A stretch of 64,000 bases of DNA, taken from Eledone cirrhosa. Taxonomy: Eukaryota. This document shows, in pieces, positions 38,001-52,884 of this stretch. Numbering within the stretch: the stretch's first letter is position 1; each line of letters opens with the position of its first letter. The position numbers and the translations under genes were made by a program. The notes under the pieces are model-generated. The model was not told where the DNA came from. It worked only from the letters and a program-made list of their open reading frames with translations, and did no database searches. The stretch spans positions 33,914,001-33,978,000 of the forward strand of contig OZ024744.1 of assembly GCA_964016885.1 (NCBI GenBank), read 5' to 3'.

Positions 38001-41000
38001 CCATTTGCGTGACGGCATCAGGAATGACACTGACCCCCGGAACATAGGCAAAATGTGCCCCCCTATACAGGGGGGGGGGGCACATGCACGAGCGAACACA
38101 GAACGCTATGACGTTTGCTTGGCATTATGGGCGCCCCGATTCATCACGTTTACGTGTAACCCCAAGTGGGTTGAGGTTACGCGGGAACTTATCCAAGTCA
38201 GCAGTACTGCCATCGGCATAATATTATTGCCAGGGTTTTCAGGCAGAAGCTGGCTAAGCTAATTGATCTAATAAAAAAGGGAAGGTTTGGGGGCCTGTTA
38301 GGTGCTACATGTATATTGTTGAGTGGCAGAAGAGAGGGTTGCCACACGCGCACATTTTGGTTTGGTTGGTCACCAAAATAGACCCTACAGTTCTAGATGA
38401 CGTCATCGCAACGGAAATACCGGACCCCGTTGTTGACCGGCAGCTGTACGACATTGTGAAGGCACACATGGTGCACGGTCCATGCGGTCCTGGTTTTCAA
38501 GAGGTCTCCTCATGCCACAAGGACCATGTGTGCACTAAACGATACCCAAAGAGGTTTGTTGAAGAGACCCAGACCGGTGGCGACGGATACCCACTGTACA
38601 GACGAAGGCGGCCTGAGAACGGTGTATTCACTATGACGTTACGGGGTCATCAAGTTGATAATAGGTGGATGGTCCTGTACTGTCCATTTCTGATGAAAAC
38701 TTTCAACGCTCATATAAATGTGGAGTTGTGTCATTTAGTGAAGTCAATAAAGTACATATGTAAATATGTTAACAAGGGTTCTGACGCTGCCATGTTCGGC
38801 CTTCAAAACGACAATAGCAGGAACGAGGTCTCGGAGTACTTGGCAGGTCGATATATCAGCAGTGGTGAAGCTTTTTGGCGGATATTCGAGTTTCCACTTC
38901 AGCAAAGGCACCCCGCCATCATACAACTAGCGGTTCATTTGGAAAACGGCCAGCGGGCTTACTTTACTGAACAGACTGCTGCTCATTTGGCGGCCAATCC
39001 AAAAGAAACAACTTTGACTGTTTTTTTACGCTTTGCCAACTTGACACATTTGCAAAAAACACTTTAATATCCTCAGGTCCCGTCCTACTACGTGTATTCA
39101 AACAACTCTTGGGTGCGTAGGAAGTCAGGTCAGGATGTTGAAGGACATCCTGGTGTCAAGTTTGACAGTTGTCTAGGAAGAGTGTACACTGTACCTCCCA
39201 ACCAGCATGAGGATTTTCACCTGCGCCTTCTCCCCCGTGAGGTTTTTGGCCCACAAAGCTTTCGAGACATAAGAACTGTTGAGGGTGAATTATGTGATAC
39301 TTTCCGGGAAGCCTGCTTTAGGCGTGGCTTTTTGGAGGATGATTCACAATGGGGCGCCACTATGGCAGAGAGCGTTTTGTTGAAATCTCCTAAAAGACTA
39401 AGATCGCTTTTCGCTATTCTACTATGGTGCGACTTGGGTGATCCGGCCTCTTTATCGCTTAGCTACAAAGATTACATGTCTGAAGATTTCCTGCATCACG
39501 CTCAGTTGCTAAAGCCATCGATGGAGGTCGGATACAGTGACCTCATTTACAACAGGGCGCTGCTTGAAATCGAAGATACTGTTCTCGATATGGGCGGTAC
39601 TGCGTTGGGGTGTATGGCCTACCTTCAACAAACCGGGAAGGCGCAAACACTCTGTCTTCGGATTTGCTGTGTGAGACATCTTATAATGTTGACGAGCTTA
39701 CCCAGTACATAGCGGAGAATGAGCCAAAGTTCCTTCCAGAACAGAAATGAAATTCGCTTACAACTCCGTTGTTAATTCTGTCCGGGGCAAAGCTGGGGGG
39801 ATTTTTTTCCTGGACGCTCCTGGGGGGACTGGGAAAACTTTTGTCACCAAATTAATATTAGCTGAGATTAGGCGAACAGAAAACATTGCCTTAGCTGTGG
39901 CATCATCTGGAATTGCGGCTACTTTGTTGCCAGGCGGCAGGACAGCTCACTCCTATTTCAAGCTCCCGCTTGACTTAGCGAAGACTGAGACACCTACTTG
40001 CAACATCAGTAAGAGCTCCGATCACGCAGAAGTGTTCAAACGATGCAAGCTTATCGTTTGGGACGAATGCACGATGGCCCACAGAGGTGCTCTTGAGACG
40101 CTAGATAGAACTCTGAGAGACATCAAAGACTCTACAGCTCCCATGGGAGGCATAACACTTCTTTCAGGGACTTCAGGCAAACACTTCCTGTTATTCCCAA
40201 GGGGACTAGAGCTGATGCAGTAAGTGCGTCTCTTAAGTCATCCGCATTGTGGCCCCTGGCGAAGACTCTGAAACTTCACACTAACATGCGTGCTCATATG
40301 CGAGGTGATATCGCATCAGCAGCATTTTCTCACACCCTCCTTGCACTTGGCGAAGGCAAAACGTCCGGGGATGAAAAGAGTAATATTGCCATCGACTCAC
40401 TTTGTACCGTTGTTAGTACGCCTTCTGATCTCAGGGATGCAGTGTTCCCAGATCTCCAAGAAAATTATCAGAATATGGATTGGCTTGCCCAAAGGGCTAT
40501 TCTGGCCCGAGGAATAAAACTGTTAACCATATTAATGATCAAATGCTAAAACTCATTCCTGGGGATGGCTACGTATATAAGTCTATCGATATAACTCCTG
40601 ACCCCGCGGACGTCATCAACTATCCAATAGAGGTACTAAATTCCTTTAAGCCCCCCGGATTACCCCCACACATTTTGAAACTTAAAGTTGGTGCCCCTAT
40701 AATGCTCATTCGAAATTTGGTGCCGCCAAAACAATGCAATGGCATACGTTTGGTTGTTAAGTCCTTATCTCCCAATCTGATTGAGGCCACGAGTATCACA
40801 GGGTGCGGTCGGGGCATGGTTGTGCTCATACCGAGGATGCATCTTTTCCCATCAGGAGCAGACCTACCTTTCACATTTCGGAGGTCCCAGTTCCCAGTCA
40901 GGCCATGCTTCGCAATGTCAATTAACAAAGCGCAAGGGCAAACACTGTCTGTCGAGGGAATACATTTGGGGGAGCCGTGTTTCTCTCATGGTCAGCTTTA

Positions 41001-41914
41001 CGTTGGCTGCTCGCCTGTCGGCAGCAAGAGTGATGATTTCGCGTTCGTTCCGCAAGGGAAAACAAAAAACATTGTGTACAAGGAGGTTTTATAGGATTAC
41101 CTCGATTCCTAATTTTATAACTTTATTTTGGGGGGGGGGGGCTTTTCGTGAGTACTTTCTAAGTAGGTTAACCTTCACTGCAGTGCACTGGACACTCCCC
41201 ACCATCTGCCGTACAAAGGCTGATTATCGCGGCGTTACAAAGCTTCATTGCAACTACGACCCTACTCAAATATCAGCTGTTGCTCCTCACCAACCCCCGT
41301 TTGGTGGGCCTCGGAGGGCCGTGGACAGGTTACTATTTCACCTCCGTACGACTCTCAAAGGGCGAACAATGCTTTAACGACTGGATTTACATTTTTAGGC
41401 AGTCCCCTGCAATTACTTCACACTTCACCAACACCTGGCCTCCGCTCAGCTCTATTTCCCTCCCTCCATCGGCACAGCAGCAGGCTCATCTTCTACGTCC
41501 GACGTACATGATGCACCAACCATACAATAACCCCTCTTCCTCTTTTTGGGTTGTCATAATTCGACAATGTTTTCAGGCCCTGTTTGCGGTTCCCTCAATC
41601 CCCCCCCCCCCTCCACCGTTAAACCATGTCATGCAGAACAACTCCATCGCAGCTCTGTTGTTCGGCTGGCATCGTCTACGCGCGTGTTGCGCAAGTACTG
41701 TGAAACAATAAATTTCAACACTTCTTTGCACAGAGATAATATCCATAGGCGAAACTACAATTGTTACTGTTGGCGCAGCTCCTGCTTCGGCAGTCCAGGT
41801 CTGCAATTCATTCACCCAGTGCCTGGCAGACAAAAAGGTGCTGCCATAAAATGGGTGGTGCAACCTAACTCTGGTAACTTACTAATCCCGAGCAACGCCG
41901 GGCTTTAATGCTAG
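35051..41914 (+). mobile_element. Full-length Helitron
   Basis: 5' TC follows (TA)n. The 3' end has hairpin cccgagcaacgccggg and CTAG|T at 41911-41914. A Rep-Helicase gene lies inside. Confidence 0.92.
36235..41094 (+). pseudogene. Helitron RepHel (HUH Rep plus PIF1 helicase), frameshifted
   Basis: MPPKKRS start; C..C.A.KW.GE...MCC; FITFTCNPKW; VEWQKRGLPHAHIL; KYICKYVNKG; DAPGGTGKTF; IVWDECTM; FAMSINKAQGQT; FSHGQLYV; NIVYKEVL*. It is split over at least 7 ORFs. Confidence 0.95.
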
Positions 41915-42512
41915 TATATATATATACCTGTAAACATATGTATGTATTTATCTATGCATGTATATATAAAAAATATATATATATACCTGTAAACATATGT
42001 ATGTATTTATCTATGCATGTATGCATATATAAAATATTGCCATATTTACAAAAATATTTTTCTAATATCGTGTTTAATATTTTATCTTGTCGTCTGCTTC
42101 TCCCCTCTCACAACATGTGGTTACTTACTGTCTCACTCTCTCTTTCTTTCCCCTCTCACACAGCCTCTTCTTTCTCTCTCATTTTGCCAGTCCCTTCTCT
42201 CACACAGCCTTCTCTCTCTCTTCCCCTTTTTTCTTTTCTCTTTCTTTCGTCGCTGTTTCCCTCCTATAGACATTCCCTCTCATTCTTTTTCTGTCCCTCT
42301 CTCTCTTCTACTCTGCACTTTCTACTTCCTTCTCTTTCTCAACCGCGTTCCTGCTTACGGCAGTTCTAATGGAGATTTATCTACCTACCTATCTATCTCA
42401 AAACTTTCTACAGCGTCCATCTTATGACGTCACACACCCTACTCCTACTGTCACTGTTGTTTGTACTCTTCTTACTACCACAGCTCTCTCCCACCAACAC
42501 TGCCAAAGTGAG

Positions 42513-42804
<292 letters not shown>

Positions 42805-42856
42805 TGTATGTTTGCTTAGGGTTGAAGAGTATTCGCTTTTAAAAGGTTCTGTAAAC

Positions 42857-42980
42857 TGTTTCTACATTTGGCACAAGGCCAGCAATTATCTCAGTGCATT
42901 ACTGGTACTTTATTTTATCGACCCCGTAAGGATGAAAGGCAAAGTTAACCTCGACAGGATTTGAACTCAGATCATAAAGG
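42857..42980 (-). mobile_element. 5'-truncated tRNA-derived SINE
   Basis: Reverse complement of part of the 49142 SINE. Confidence 0.85.
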
Positions 42981-43059
42981 AAGGAGTACTCAATGCACAA
43001 GAATTAGGTAGGTGCTGTAATTTTACTTTTGTTGGAAGTCCAAGATATTGTCTCCGATC

Positions 43060-43700
43060 TGTTTCGCAGCCAAACAGCGATGCATTGCTCAAATCTGTGC
43101 TCTCCTCATCAACCGGTACCCTTCTTGATGACGAGTGCACACACATCTGAGTGACCCAACGCCCTGGCCTCCACGTTTGGGGTTCACATAAATACTGTTG
43201 TGGGGCTGTTGTTGGTGGGTTTGGGCTGCAACCACTGTCATATCGCCAGAAGGCAGGCCGGTTCTCCCGACATGCCGATCTCAATGATAAATTAAGAAGG
43301 ACCCTGGATTCAGCTGGTTTCCCATCACAACTGGAGCCAGCAAGCCTCGGCAGCAGAGATGGCAAGCGCCCCGACGGAATTACCCTCTTTTCATTGGAAG
43401 GAGGCAAATCCCTCATCTAAGATGCTAAATGCTGTGATACGTTCTCCGCCCCTATTTTGTTTCTTTGGCCACAAACCCCGGTATTTCGGCCCACAATACA
43501 AAGGATAGGAAGACAAGTAAATACCGGGGCTTGTCTGGCCGCTTCCTCTCTGCACCGGTCACTGTCAAGAACTCAGTCGTCATCAGACCCCGTATTGCCA
43601 AGCTCCTCCGTAAAATCAGAACAGTAGCCGTCTGAAGAAGGAACCCCGCTAGGTGGGGTGGCTGTTGCAGCGGTGTCGCTGGGCATTGTCCGTGGTGTGC
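43060..43700 (+). mobile_element. CRE-like non-LTR 3' part (zinc knuckle plus RLE)
   Basis: HKYCCGAVV...[10 protein letters not shown]...[20 protein letters not shown]. Confidence 0.8.
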
Positions 43701-44879
43701 AGCCCAAACACCACCTGGCCCCAGACATCCCCCCTATCCCTCCTCCCTCTCTTCCGTGATCTCATAGTCTTTATTTTACCCTACGTTTCCTCTCATTTAT
43801 AACATTTATAGTCCTTTCTCCTACTTTCCTATACAGTCAGATCTGCCCTTCTTTAATCCTTCCCCTCTGTTCGTTGCTTCATTTCGTTTGTATCTCTTTT
43901 GTTTCTTTTTCCTTTATTAATTGACAACATTTTGTATACTGAATAAATTTCTTTATTTTGTTGTTGTTTGTGGTGTTGTTGTGTCAGTGTTGTTGATGTT
44001 GTTTGTGGTGGTGGTGGTGGTGGTGGTAGTAGTAGTAGTGGTGGTGGTGGTGGTGGTAGTGGTGGTTGTAGTTGTTATTAGTGGTGGTTTTACTGTTGTT
44101 ATTATTGTTGATGCTAGTGCTGGTTGTTTAGCTGCAAGTCAATTAAGAACGAGAGTAGCTTAAAAGGTGTCCTAACTGAACATAAAGTGTGTCCCCCACC
44201 CGAAAAAGAAGTGGATTCGGCTGCTATTTCTAGCAAGTGGACCATCTCATTCACTAGACTGCGACAAATTCCAATATTAAAACAGAACACCCAGATATTT
44301 GAAGTGAAACTAGGTTAGTAGTTGTTGTTGAAATAAACAGGACAGAATAGTTAATGTCGGTTAGATATAAAATTTACTTCACTTCAGTTAGAAAAGGAAT
44401 ATGATTACTACTAATCATAAAAGTACAATGTTGTATGTAAACATTCGTAAATGAATACCGTGTTGTTGAAGTTTTGTTGAAGATAATTTGTTTTATGTTT
44501 TATGCTGAAATAGAAGGTGGCAGGCTATCGTCCGTCATTACTATCATCTAGGAAGTTAAAAGCCAAGTGACCAGGGAAGGTGTCGTCTCTTTTGTAACAG
44601 AAAATTCTCTCTCTGTCCTCGTTCCATGACAGCCTATTTATTGAACGCTGGTTATTTTTGTTCAAAGGTGGTTGACCTCCCGCTGTGTTCTCTTTCATAG
44701 GAATGGCCATGTCAGTGAGAGGAAACACTGGAACATTTCATTAGCTACACACCATCATCAATTCAAGGGAATTAATTTGAAAAATCTGGGGAAATAACTT
44801 CCATTTGACATTACGTTCTCTGACTACGGTTTAAACCTGGATTACAGAAGAAACGCTGGAATATTTTTTCGCCATATTA

Positions 44880-47800
44880 ATTCCCCGCCCAGATCGAAAC
44901 GGTAGTGAAATAGAGAACCAATAACCTCGGACCCCAAACTGTCACCTACTTACCTTGTAAATAGAGAGAGAGAGGATACTGTTACTCGGCATATTGGGCA
45001 TAGGAAGATGGCCAGTACACATGTCAATCGGATCTCGTTCTTGTTGTTGGCACAGAGTTAGGATTGCCGGTGGGTGGGAGCGTTGATGTTAGGTTAACTT
45101 GGTCTGACAGTTAGGGTCCATTGAAATCCACATGAGTTTCTTTAGCCGGTAGACACTGACAGTGTCCAAGATAAAATGCTTGGGATCCTTTTGAGTACCT
45201 GGTAGGGCCCTGGTTGCAAAGGAGCTCTGACAGTGTCCTTTCTGACAAAAAGGTCTGTCCATTGCTGTATGTCAGATGGAATTTGAGTAGTGTTACTTTG
45301 AGGGCGAGGGGCAACAAATGGCAGGTTTGCCATGTGGGTCCACAGGTGATAGATATACTTCATTGGATCTACGGGGTGTTGAGACGGGTAATACCAATAT
45401 CGTGCCATAAACCAGCGCAGCTGGCATAAAACCGAGTCCCTCTTTTACAGTGGAGCGAATTCCAAGAGTGATAAGGGGTAAAATGTCTAACCAGTTGCTG
45501 TTGTTGACATATGCTCTGAGAGAAGATTTTAATTGCCGATGGAAACGTTCCACCATACCGTTAGCTGTAGGGTGATAAGCTGTTGTATTTATTCGGCTAC
45601 AACCTAGGAGGCGTGTCAATTTGTTTAAAAGGTTCGGTTCGAACTGGCCGCTTCTCTCCATTGTGTTGGTAGAAGGTGTGCCATAACGCGAAATCCAATG
45701 CTGTACTAGTGCCTTGGCAATAGATTCAGCTGTAGTGTCGGAAAGGGAAATGGCCTCAGACCACCGGGAGAATCTATCCGCACAGGTCAAAAGCTGAGTG
45801 CAACCCCTAACAGGAGGCAGTGGTCCGACGATGTTAATATGTTGGAAACGCGTATCTGGTGTTGCGAAGGTTCCGAGAAGAGTCCTGACATCGTGGTGAA
45901 TGTTTGCCTTTTGACACTGGACGCAACGTCTGACCCATTCGATAGGTTGTGCAGCGCAGAAAAAACCGAACGTTGATGCTTTAAAGGTACTTAAGGGCGC
46001 GCGTGACCCGTAGACACATCACACTAAATACCACCAGGAGAAAAAGGTAGAGGGGTGAGTTTGAAAGACAAGGAAGAAGATGAAGAATTTCGGAGTTTCA
46101 GGAGCTCCCCGTCCGCCTGTTGGCAATATATCGGAGACTGATGGAAAAAGAGGTGTGCAGCGCACCCAAGAGTTAGCGAGAAAGTGCATCGGCTGCAGAG
46201 TTGTCTATATGGCGAATATCTGTAGTATATTGGGATATAAAATCTATTTGACACACTTCTCTAGGTGAGTGGTGGTCAGGCTTGGAATATAAAGCGTACG
46301 TGAGAGGTTTATAGTCCATGTAAATAGAAAACACAGAACCTTCTAACATGTGCCGGAAATGTCTCACACTGAGGTACGCTGCCAAACATTCCCAACCGAA
46401 TGTGCTATACTTTGTTTCAGCAGGTTTGAGTTGCCTAGAGAAGAATGAAATTGGTTGCCATGCATTCTCTACACATTGTTGGAAAACGCCACCGACCCTG
46501 ACATCCAATATATCGACGAACAGACAAAGCGGTGCGTCAGGTTTGAGATGAACCAACATTGTGGCCTCTGTCAAGACCCTCTTCATTTTAAGAAAAGCAG
46601 CTGCTTGTGCATCATCGAAAGTGATAAGCTGGTTCTTCCGATTGCACTGCCTTAGGATGTCTGTTAGCGGCTGGAGAAACTCTGCACAACGAAGTATGAA
46701 TAGGCAGTAAAAGTTTATGAGGCCGAGGAGCTCACGTACTTTCCTCGGGTACGTTGGAGTGGGAAAATCTAAAATGGACTTAACTTTGTCGTGGTGGCGG
46801 CGGATTCCTTGTTCGTCGATGTGGTGTCCCAGAAAATCAAGGGTAGAAACACTGAAAAGGCATTTTCTGGGGTTGCTGATGACATCAAACTAAGAAAAAC
46901 GCTCGAAAAGCAATTGTAGGTTCCTTTCGTGTTCCTCACGGGATGTGCTGGCTATCAGCATATCATCAATATACGAGTAGACGTAGGGTAAACCACGCAC
47001 TACTGTGTCGATGAAACGCTGGAAGGTTGATGCAACATTGCGTAAACCGGATGGCAGCCTAAGAAACTCGAAGAGGGCGAAAGGAGTTGTAATGGCCGTT
47101 TTAAGAATGTCATCCGGTTCAACAGGAATCTGGTTGTACGCCCACACGAGGTCAATTTTTGAAATGATCCTAGCACCATGTAGGGTAGAAGAGAAATTCA
47201 GTGAGGTACCGGGTACTTATTGGGTTTTGTGTGTGTTAAGAAACCGATAGTCCCCACACGGTCGCCAATCACCTACAGATTTCTGGGAACCATGTGAAGT
47301 GGGGAAGACCAGCTGCTACTAGATGGACGAAAAATGCCCAGTTCCAACACATGATCGATTCTGCTTTAGCGATCTTAGCGTGGTCAGGAGCGAGTCACCA
47401 CTGTTTAGCAGAACCCGGAGGGCCCTCGGTCACGATATGACGCGCAACCCTGTGGGTCACCGGCCGACTGTTAAAAATAGGGTGTGAGATGTCAGGATGC
47501 CTGCTCAGAATAACGTCGTATCTGCCAGACTGCCTGGTTTAAAAAAAACAAGGTCGAGGGAGGGTGCCATTGTGCTGATACCGCGATCATTCAGACCAGT
47601 GGTGGAATTAATCAGTCTGTTGTGTTTAACGTCCACCAGGAGGCCAAAATGGAGTAGAAAATCCGCTTCTAGGATCGGAGTCGGCAACTTGGCGATGACA
47701 AAAACCAACTGGAAAATTCGGCGGAGCCCAAGATCCAGGGTTAAGGACTTTTCTCCGCATTTGGGTATAGCAGAGTGGTTCAGCGCATGGAGAAGGTTTA

Positions 47801-48640
47801 CTGTGGGTTCATTACTGCCTGGCACCAGAGCAGATGGTATGACTCTAACCTCCGCCCCGGTGTCCACCAGAAACCGGTAGATCGGTCGCTAATGTGGAAC
47901 AAGAGGCTAGATTTGGAAGAGCCAGGTGTAGTTGCCATCGTTTCTACCTGGACACGTCGTTACCCGGAACATGACGGGAATCCCTTCTAAAAGAACAAGG
48001 CAATAGGTATTTCCCCGAATTTACTGTGGTAATAGCATAAGGGATCGGTCGCTCGGGTCTCGCGGGCGCTGATGTAAATTGTGCCGAGATGAGCTGGCGT
48101 TGCTGCGAGGCTCTAACTGCAGTTGAGCCATAAGTGCGTTCAATTGTGCCTCCTGTCTCATCTCCGAGACAGAAGACGAGGAAGGAGAAGAAGGAAAAAA
48201 ATGAGGAAGAAAATGAGCTTATTAGTGGATGCGTGTGTCTCTCTTGGGCCACAAATGACCGTGGTACTGCTACCTCCATTATTCTATCAGCTGAATCTGC
48301 TAGCACCTCGATTTGGATGGATGCTTTACTGTCCGCCAAAATGCCGCGAGTTGCTGGCACAGCCTTTGTAGGAAAAGTTGTTTCAAGATGGCCGACTCCA
48401 TGGTGTTCTCTCCCAACAGTTGTTTTAACTGTCTTAAGAACTGTAACGGTTTCCTATCGCTTAACGCCCTCGAATAAAGAAGCTGGTTAATCTGGTGCTT
48501 CTGAGAGACGGATGTCCGCTTTACAAGTTTGGACCTTAAGGTGGCATATGAATATGTACCTGGTGGGGCTGTAAGCAAATCCTGGATCTTCTGCAGGCTT
48601 TCAAGGGGAAGTGGCGAAACAAAAGGAGAAATTTTGGTCC
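44880..48640 (-). mobile_element. Decayed Ty3/Gypsy (CsRn1-like) internal region, no LTRs seen
   Basis: Gag (SDRKPLQFLRQL...LFLQRL), protease (VDTGAEV), RT ([11 protein letters not shown]), RNase H (AETKYSTF, DYKPL) and integrase (TTAYHPTANGMVERFHRQLK), in Gypsy order. Confidence 0.92.
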
Positions 48641-49450
48641 TGTCTACCGAAACATTATGTGTTTGAAATTGGACCTCGATATATCTGAACCAAATCCTCC
48701 TCTAGTTAGAATGTTCTTCCTCTTGTTGCCTGACGTGGACTGTAGAGGCTCTGATTCATTGATCAACTCACGGTTAAGTGAAGTATTACTAGTGTTATTA
48801 TTATCAATAAGTACTTTGGTATTACTAAAGAAATGCAATATAGTCGCTTGCTTTTTCTCACTCTTTATGGGTTCATTTCATTGGAATCTAAGAACAAACA
48901 AAGCTATCAAAGCCAAATAAAATAAAACAATTGGATGAGAATCGGTATTTGCGGAGCCGGATGACTGTTGTAATGGTAGAAACAATACTGAAGCATACAT
49001 GCATCATATTGTCGATAGATGACACATATATGTAAAATTCATGGATGTTAGTTCTTTACTGAGGAGAAATATTTTTAGGGGAGGGAGCGATAAAATATAT
49101 TTTAACCTAATATTAATTTTGTTTTATTATTAATAAGACATGGGGCAGTGGATTGGCAGTATAGGTAGAGGGTCGGAAGCCATGGTTTGCAGCTTAGAGA
49201 TACGGCCCTTTATAATCTGAGTTCAAATCCCGCCGAGGTTACCTTTGCCTTTCATCTTTACGGGGTCGATAAAATAAAGTACTAGTCACGCACTAGTGTC
49301 GATTTAATAGACTTTCTCCTCCCCCAAAATTGCTGGCCTTGTGCCTATATAAGAAACCATTATTAATAAGACATAGAAATTGCAAATAATGTCCAAATCT
49401 TTCTGCGGACCACCAACATTTTCTATCGGACCACCAGTTGGCCACCGCTG
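48641..49450 (-). mobile_element. Possible hAT-type DNA transposon 5' end
   Basis: The minus strand starts CAGCGGTGGCCAACTGGTGGTCCG with a repeated ggtggtcc. A downstream KQATILHFF...STSGNKRK segment resembles a transposase N-terminus. Confidence 0.35.
49142..49358 (+). mobile_element. Full-length tRNA-derived SINE with 16-bp TSD
   Basis: A-box-like tggcagtatagg and B-box gagttcaaatcc, with central gcctttcatc..ggggtcgataaaat. TSD attattaataagacat is on both sides. Confidence 0.9.
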
Positions 49451-50399
49451 CTTTAAACTGTAGTCAGAGAAAGTAATGTCAAATGGAAGTTATTTCCCCT
49501 ATATTTTTTCAAATTAATTCCCTTGAATTAATGATGGTGTGTAGCGAAAGAAATGTTCCAGTGTTTCCTCTCACTGACATGGCCATTCCTATGAAAGAGA
49601 ACGCAGCAAGAGGTCATCGATGTTTGATCAAAGAGTAAATAGGCTGTCATGGAACGAGGACAGAGAGAGAATTTCTGTTACAAAAGAGACGACACCTTCC
49701 CTGGTCACTTGGCTTTTAACTTCTATGGTGATAGTAATGACGGACACCTGTCACCTTCTATTTCAGCATAAAACATAAAACAAAGTATCTTCAATAAAAC
49801 TTCAAAAACGCGGTATTCATTTACGAATGTTTACATACAACTTTGTACTTTTATGATTAGAAGTAATCATATTCCTTTTCTAACTGAAGTGAACTAAATT
49901 TTATATCTAACCAAAATTAACTACTCTGTCCTGTTTATTTTCAACAACTAACTCCGTTTCACTTCAAATATCTGGGCGTTCTAGTTTAATATTGAAATGT
50001 GTCTTAGTCTAGTGAATGAAATGGTCGACTTGCTAGAAATAGCCGTCGAATCCACTGCTTTTTCGAGTGAGGGACACACTTTATGTTCTGTTAGGACACC
50101 TTTTAAGCTACTCTCGTTCTTAGTTGACTTGCAGCTAAACATAACCAGCACTAGCGTCAACAATATCAACAACAGTAAAACCACCACTAATAACAATTAC
50201 AACACCACCACCAACAACAACAATACCACAACCACCAGCACCACCACCACTACCAGAATCATAAAAAAAACATCAAAGTAGGACAAAGGGCTATAAATAC
50301 TATAAATGAGAGGAATCGGAGGGTAAAACTAAGATTATGAGATCACAGAAGAGAGGGAGGGGGATAGGCTTTATGTCTGGGGCCAGGTTTTGTTTGGGC

Positions 50400-51810
50400 T
50401 ACACACCACGGATAATACTGGAAAGAAATTTCCGCGGACAGCAACAGCCACGCCACCTGGCGGGGTTCTTGGCGGTGACCGGTGCAAAGAGGAAGCGGCC
50501 AGACAAGCCCTGGTATTTACTTGTCTTCCTATCCTCTGCAATGTGGGCCGAAATACAGGGGTTTGTGGCGGCGAACGTATTACAGCATTTAGCGTCTCAG
50601 ATTAGGGATTTACCTCTTTCGAATGAAAAGAGGGTAATTCCGTCGGGGCGCTTGCCGTCTCCACGGTCAAGGCTTGCTGGCTCCAGTTGTGATGGGAAAG
50701 AAGCTGAGTCCAGGGTCGTTCTCAGTATGTCGTTGAGATCGGCATGTCGGGAGAACCGACCTGCGTTCTAGCGGCATGACAGTAGATGCAGCCCACCCTC
50801 GCCAACGACAGCCCCACAACAGTATTTATGTGAATCCCACACGTGGAGGCTGAGGCGTTGGGTCACTCCGAATGGTACTGGTTGATGAGGAGAGCACATA
50901 CTTGAGCCATGTATAGCTGTTTGGCTGCGAAAGTGATCGGAGGCAAGCGGGGCAGTGTTGATCGAAGCCAGACCCGTTCCGGCTGAAGGAAGCTCTGCAC
51001 GTGATTCCGACCCAGTTACTTTGGAACTTTGTATACTGGGAAACAAAGAGTCCTTCGCCTGTTCAGTCGTTCGGGGCCTGCTCTGGTTATGTGGTCACGT
51101 CAGATTTGGCTGTCTTGCTGAGAACTTCGCTGACGAGGATGTGACTAGAGGAGATTGAGGAGAGGTAGGCCAGCAGTGCCAAATCCGAAGCGGATCGGAG
51201 GTCGAGGCCACCGAAGCTCGCTGGAAGCTTCACTTGTTCCCACCTGGTGTTGTCGAAACTGACATTGCAGATGAGTTTTGCACAGCGTCGGATGGTAACA
51301 TCGAGTTCCCCGAGGTAATCTGTGTGTGGGTAACAAGGTGCACCACGCAGCGTCAACTGACATTTTGGAAGGGCGAAGCAGTTTCTCAATAAGGTGAGCA
51401 CAGCCTCACTGCCATTCGTGACAGGTCTGCATGCTTGGTCTCCAGGCATTCTCTTATGGATTTCGAGAGAATTGGAGAGCCGAGAATGCAGGCGGCATCT
51501 TTGGGCGTTAGGAGAGCACCGGACAAGACGGAATTGATGCTGAGTAAGATGTCATGGAATTCCGCCTCCCCGTAGCTAATATTAATCACCTCGGATATGG
51601 GTGGGATGATCTCGAGTTCGAGGAGCTAGGCTGATTAGCCGAAGATCTTCAACTATCGTCTCAGCCGAGCCAACCATGGTCGAGTTTTTCATCTACCAAA
51701 AGTTGAAGGGCGCCGGACAGCGTCTGACGTGGTCAACTGCCAGTGCAAAAAGAGACGGACTGAGTGTGTCTCCATGCTGGACACCCGTAGCGGAAGTAAC
51801 CTTCTCAACG
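50400..51810 (-). mobile_element. CRE-like non-LTR element (RT remnant to RLE)
   Basis: GVQHGD.LSP.LF; LLRNCFALPK...QVKLPASFGGLDLR; DGKRPDG region. Confidence 0.8.
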
Positions 51811-51947
51811 AGCATGTGTATACTGGGTCTTCCGTATGGGTGCTCGTCAGAGACACGTTTCTATGACGTGATCTCGCCTAAAGCTTGCTTGGTATACTTA
51901 CAGCTAGCTTCTTCTAGGATCTTGAAGTGTTAAAACTACGCTCTTAA

Positions 51948-52133
51948 TAATTGTTTCTACTTTTGGCACAATGCCAGCAATTATCCCAGTGTATTACTGG
52001 TACTTTATTTTATCGACCCCGTAAAGATGAAAGGCAATGTTAACCTCGGCAAGATTTGAACTCAGACCATAAAGGGCCGTAACTCTTTGCTGCAAAGCAT
52101 GACGTCCGACCCTCTACCGATACTGCCAATCCA
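51948..52133 (-). mobile_element. tRNA-derived SINE
   Basis: Same family as 49142. Confidence 0.88.
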
Positions 52134-52884
52134 ATAATGTAATACAAGTTGAATCATAGCGGTAAGTTATCAGTAGATGAGGAGACAAAAGTCTCTGATA
52201 CACGTACAAATAATCACTTATATTTTCTATTAAAAACAACTCTAGTTATATCTACAACTAGTTTATCTTAAATCTTGTAAAATAACATTGTTCTGTATAA
52301 ATCTATATTATATAATTATCTACATTTCCAAATAAATGTCATACAATTTAGCCTGATATTTCAGTTATTCTCTGAAAACCAGTCCTTAGGTAATTAGTGC
52401 CCCAGTCTGGCCGTAAACATAGCTCAGACTAGGGTGTCGAGCCTGCCCCCCCCCCCCCCCCCCCTTGTCCCTTTCTTTCGTAGCTTGATTCTCTTTTTTC
52501 TTTATCTTCTATCCCTTTTTCTATTTAAATATCATTTGTTTACAGATATTTTGAAGTCCAGTGTATGTCCAACTTTCGCGGTCGCGGTTAATTTCTTGAG
52601 AACCTAAATAATAATTGTTTGTGGAAACCACCGTATATTCGTAGATATCTGCCATGATGTTTTTATGGCTTTTTTCGTGGCAATATATATATTTTTAACT
52701 CTAAATTATTTATAACATTAGGAACGTTACCCCCGCCAATATCGGGTGATAAATTCATATAAAAAAAAAACTGGTCACAAAGAAACACACATACATATAC
52801 ATAAACAGACACATACTTTCATACGACAAATACATACATATATAAACACACATTCACATCATCATACACATAAACAGACACACA

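Larger units (their letters stand above)
43120..50880. repeat. Diverged inverted segmental duplication (~43120-44838 / ~49453-50880)
   Basis: The CRE 3' end, simple-repeat tail, SINE-like piece and ~600 bp of non-coding DNA recur in reverse complement. A third rearranged copy is at ~57250-57740. Confidence 0.85.

Noticed and set aside
49142-49240. tRNA gene
   Set aside because: The A/B boxes belong to a SINE head with a TSD; there is no cloverleaf.
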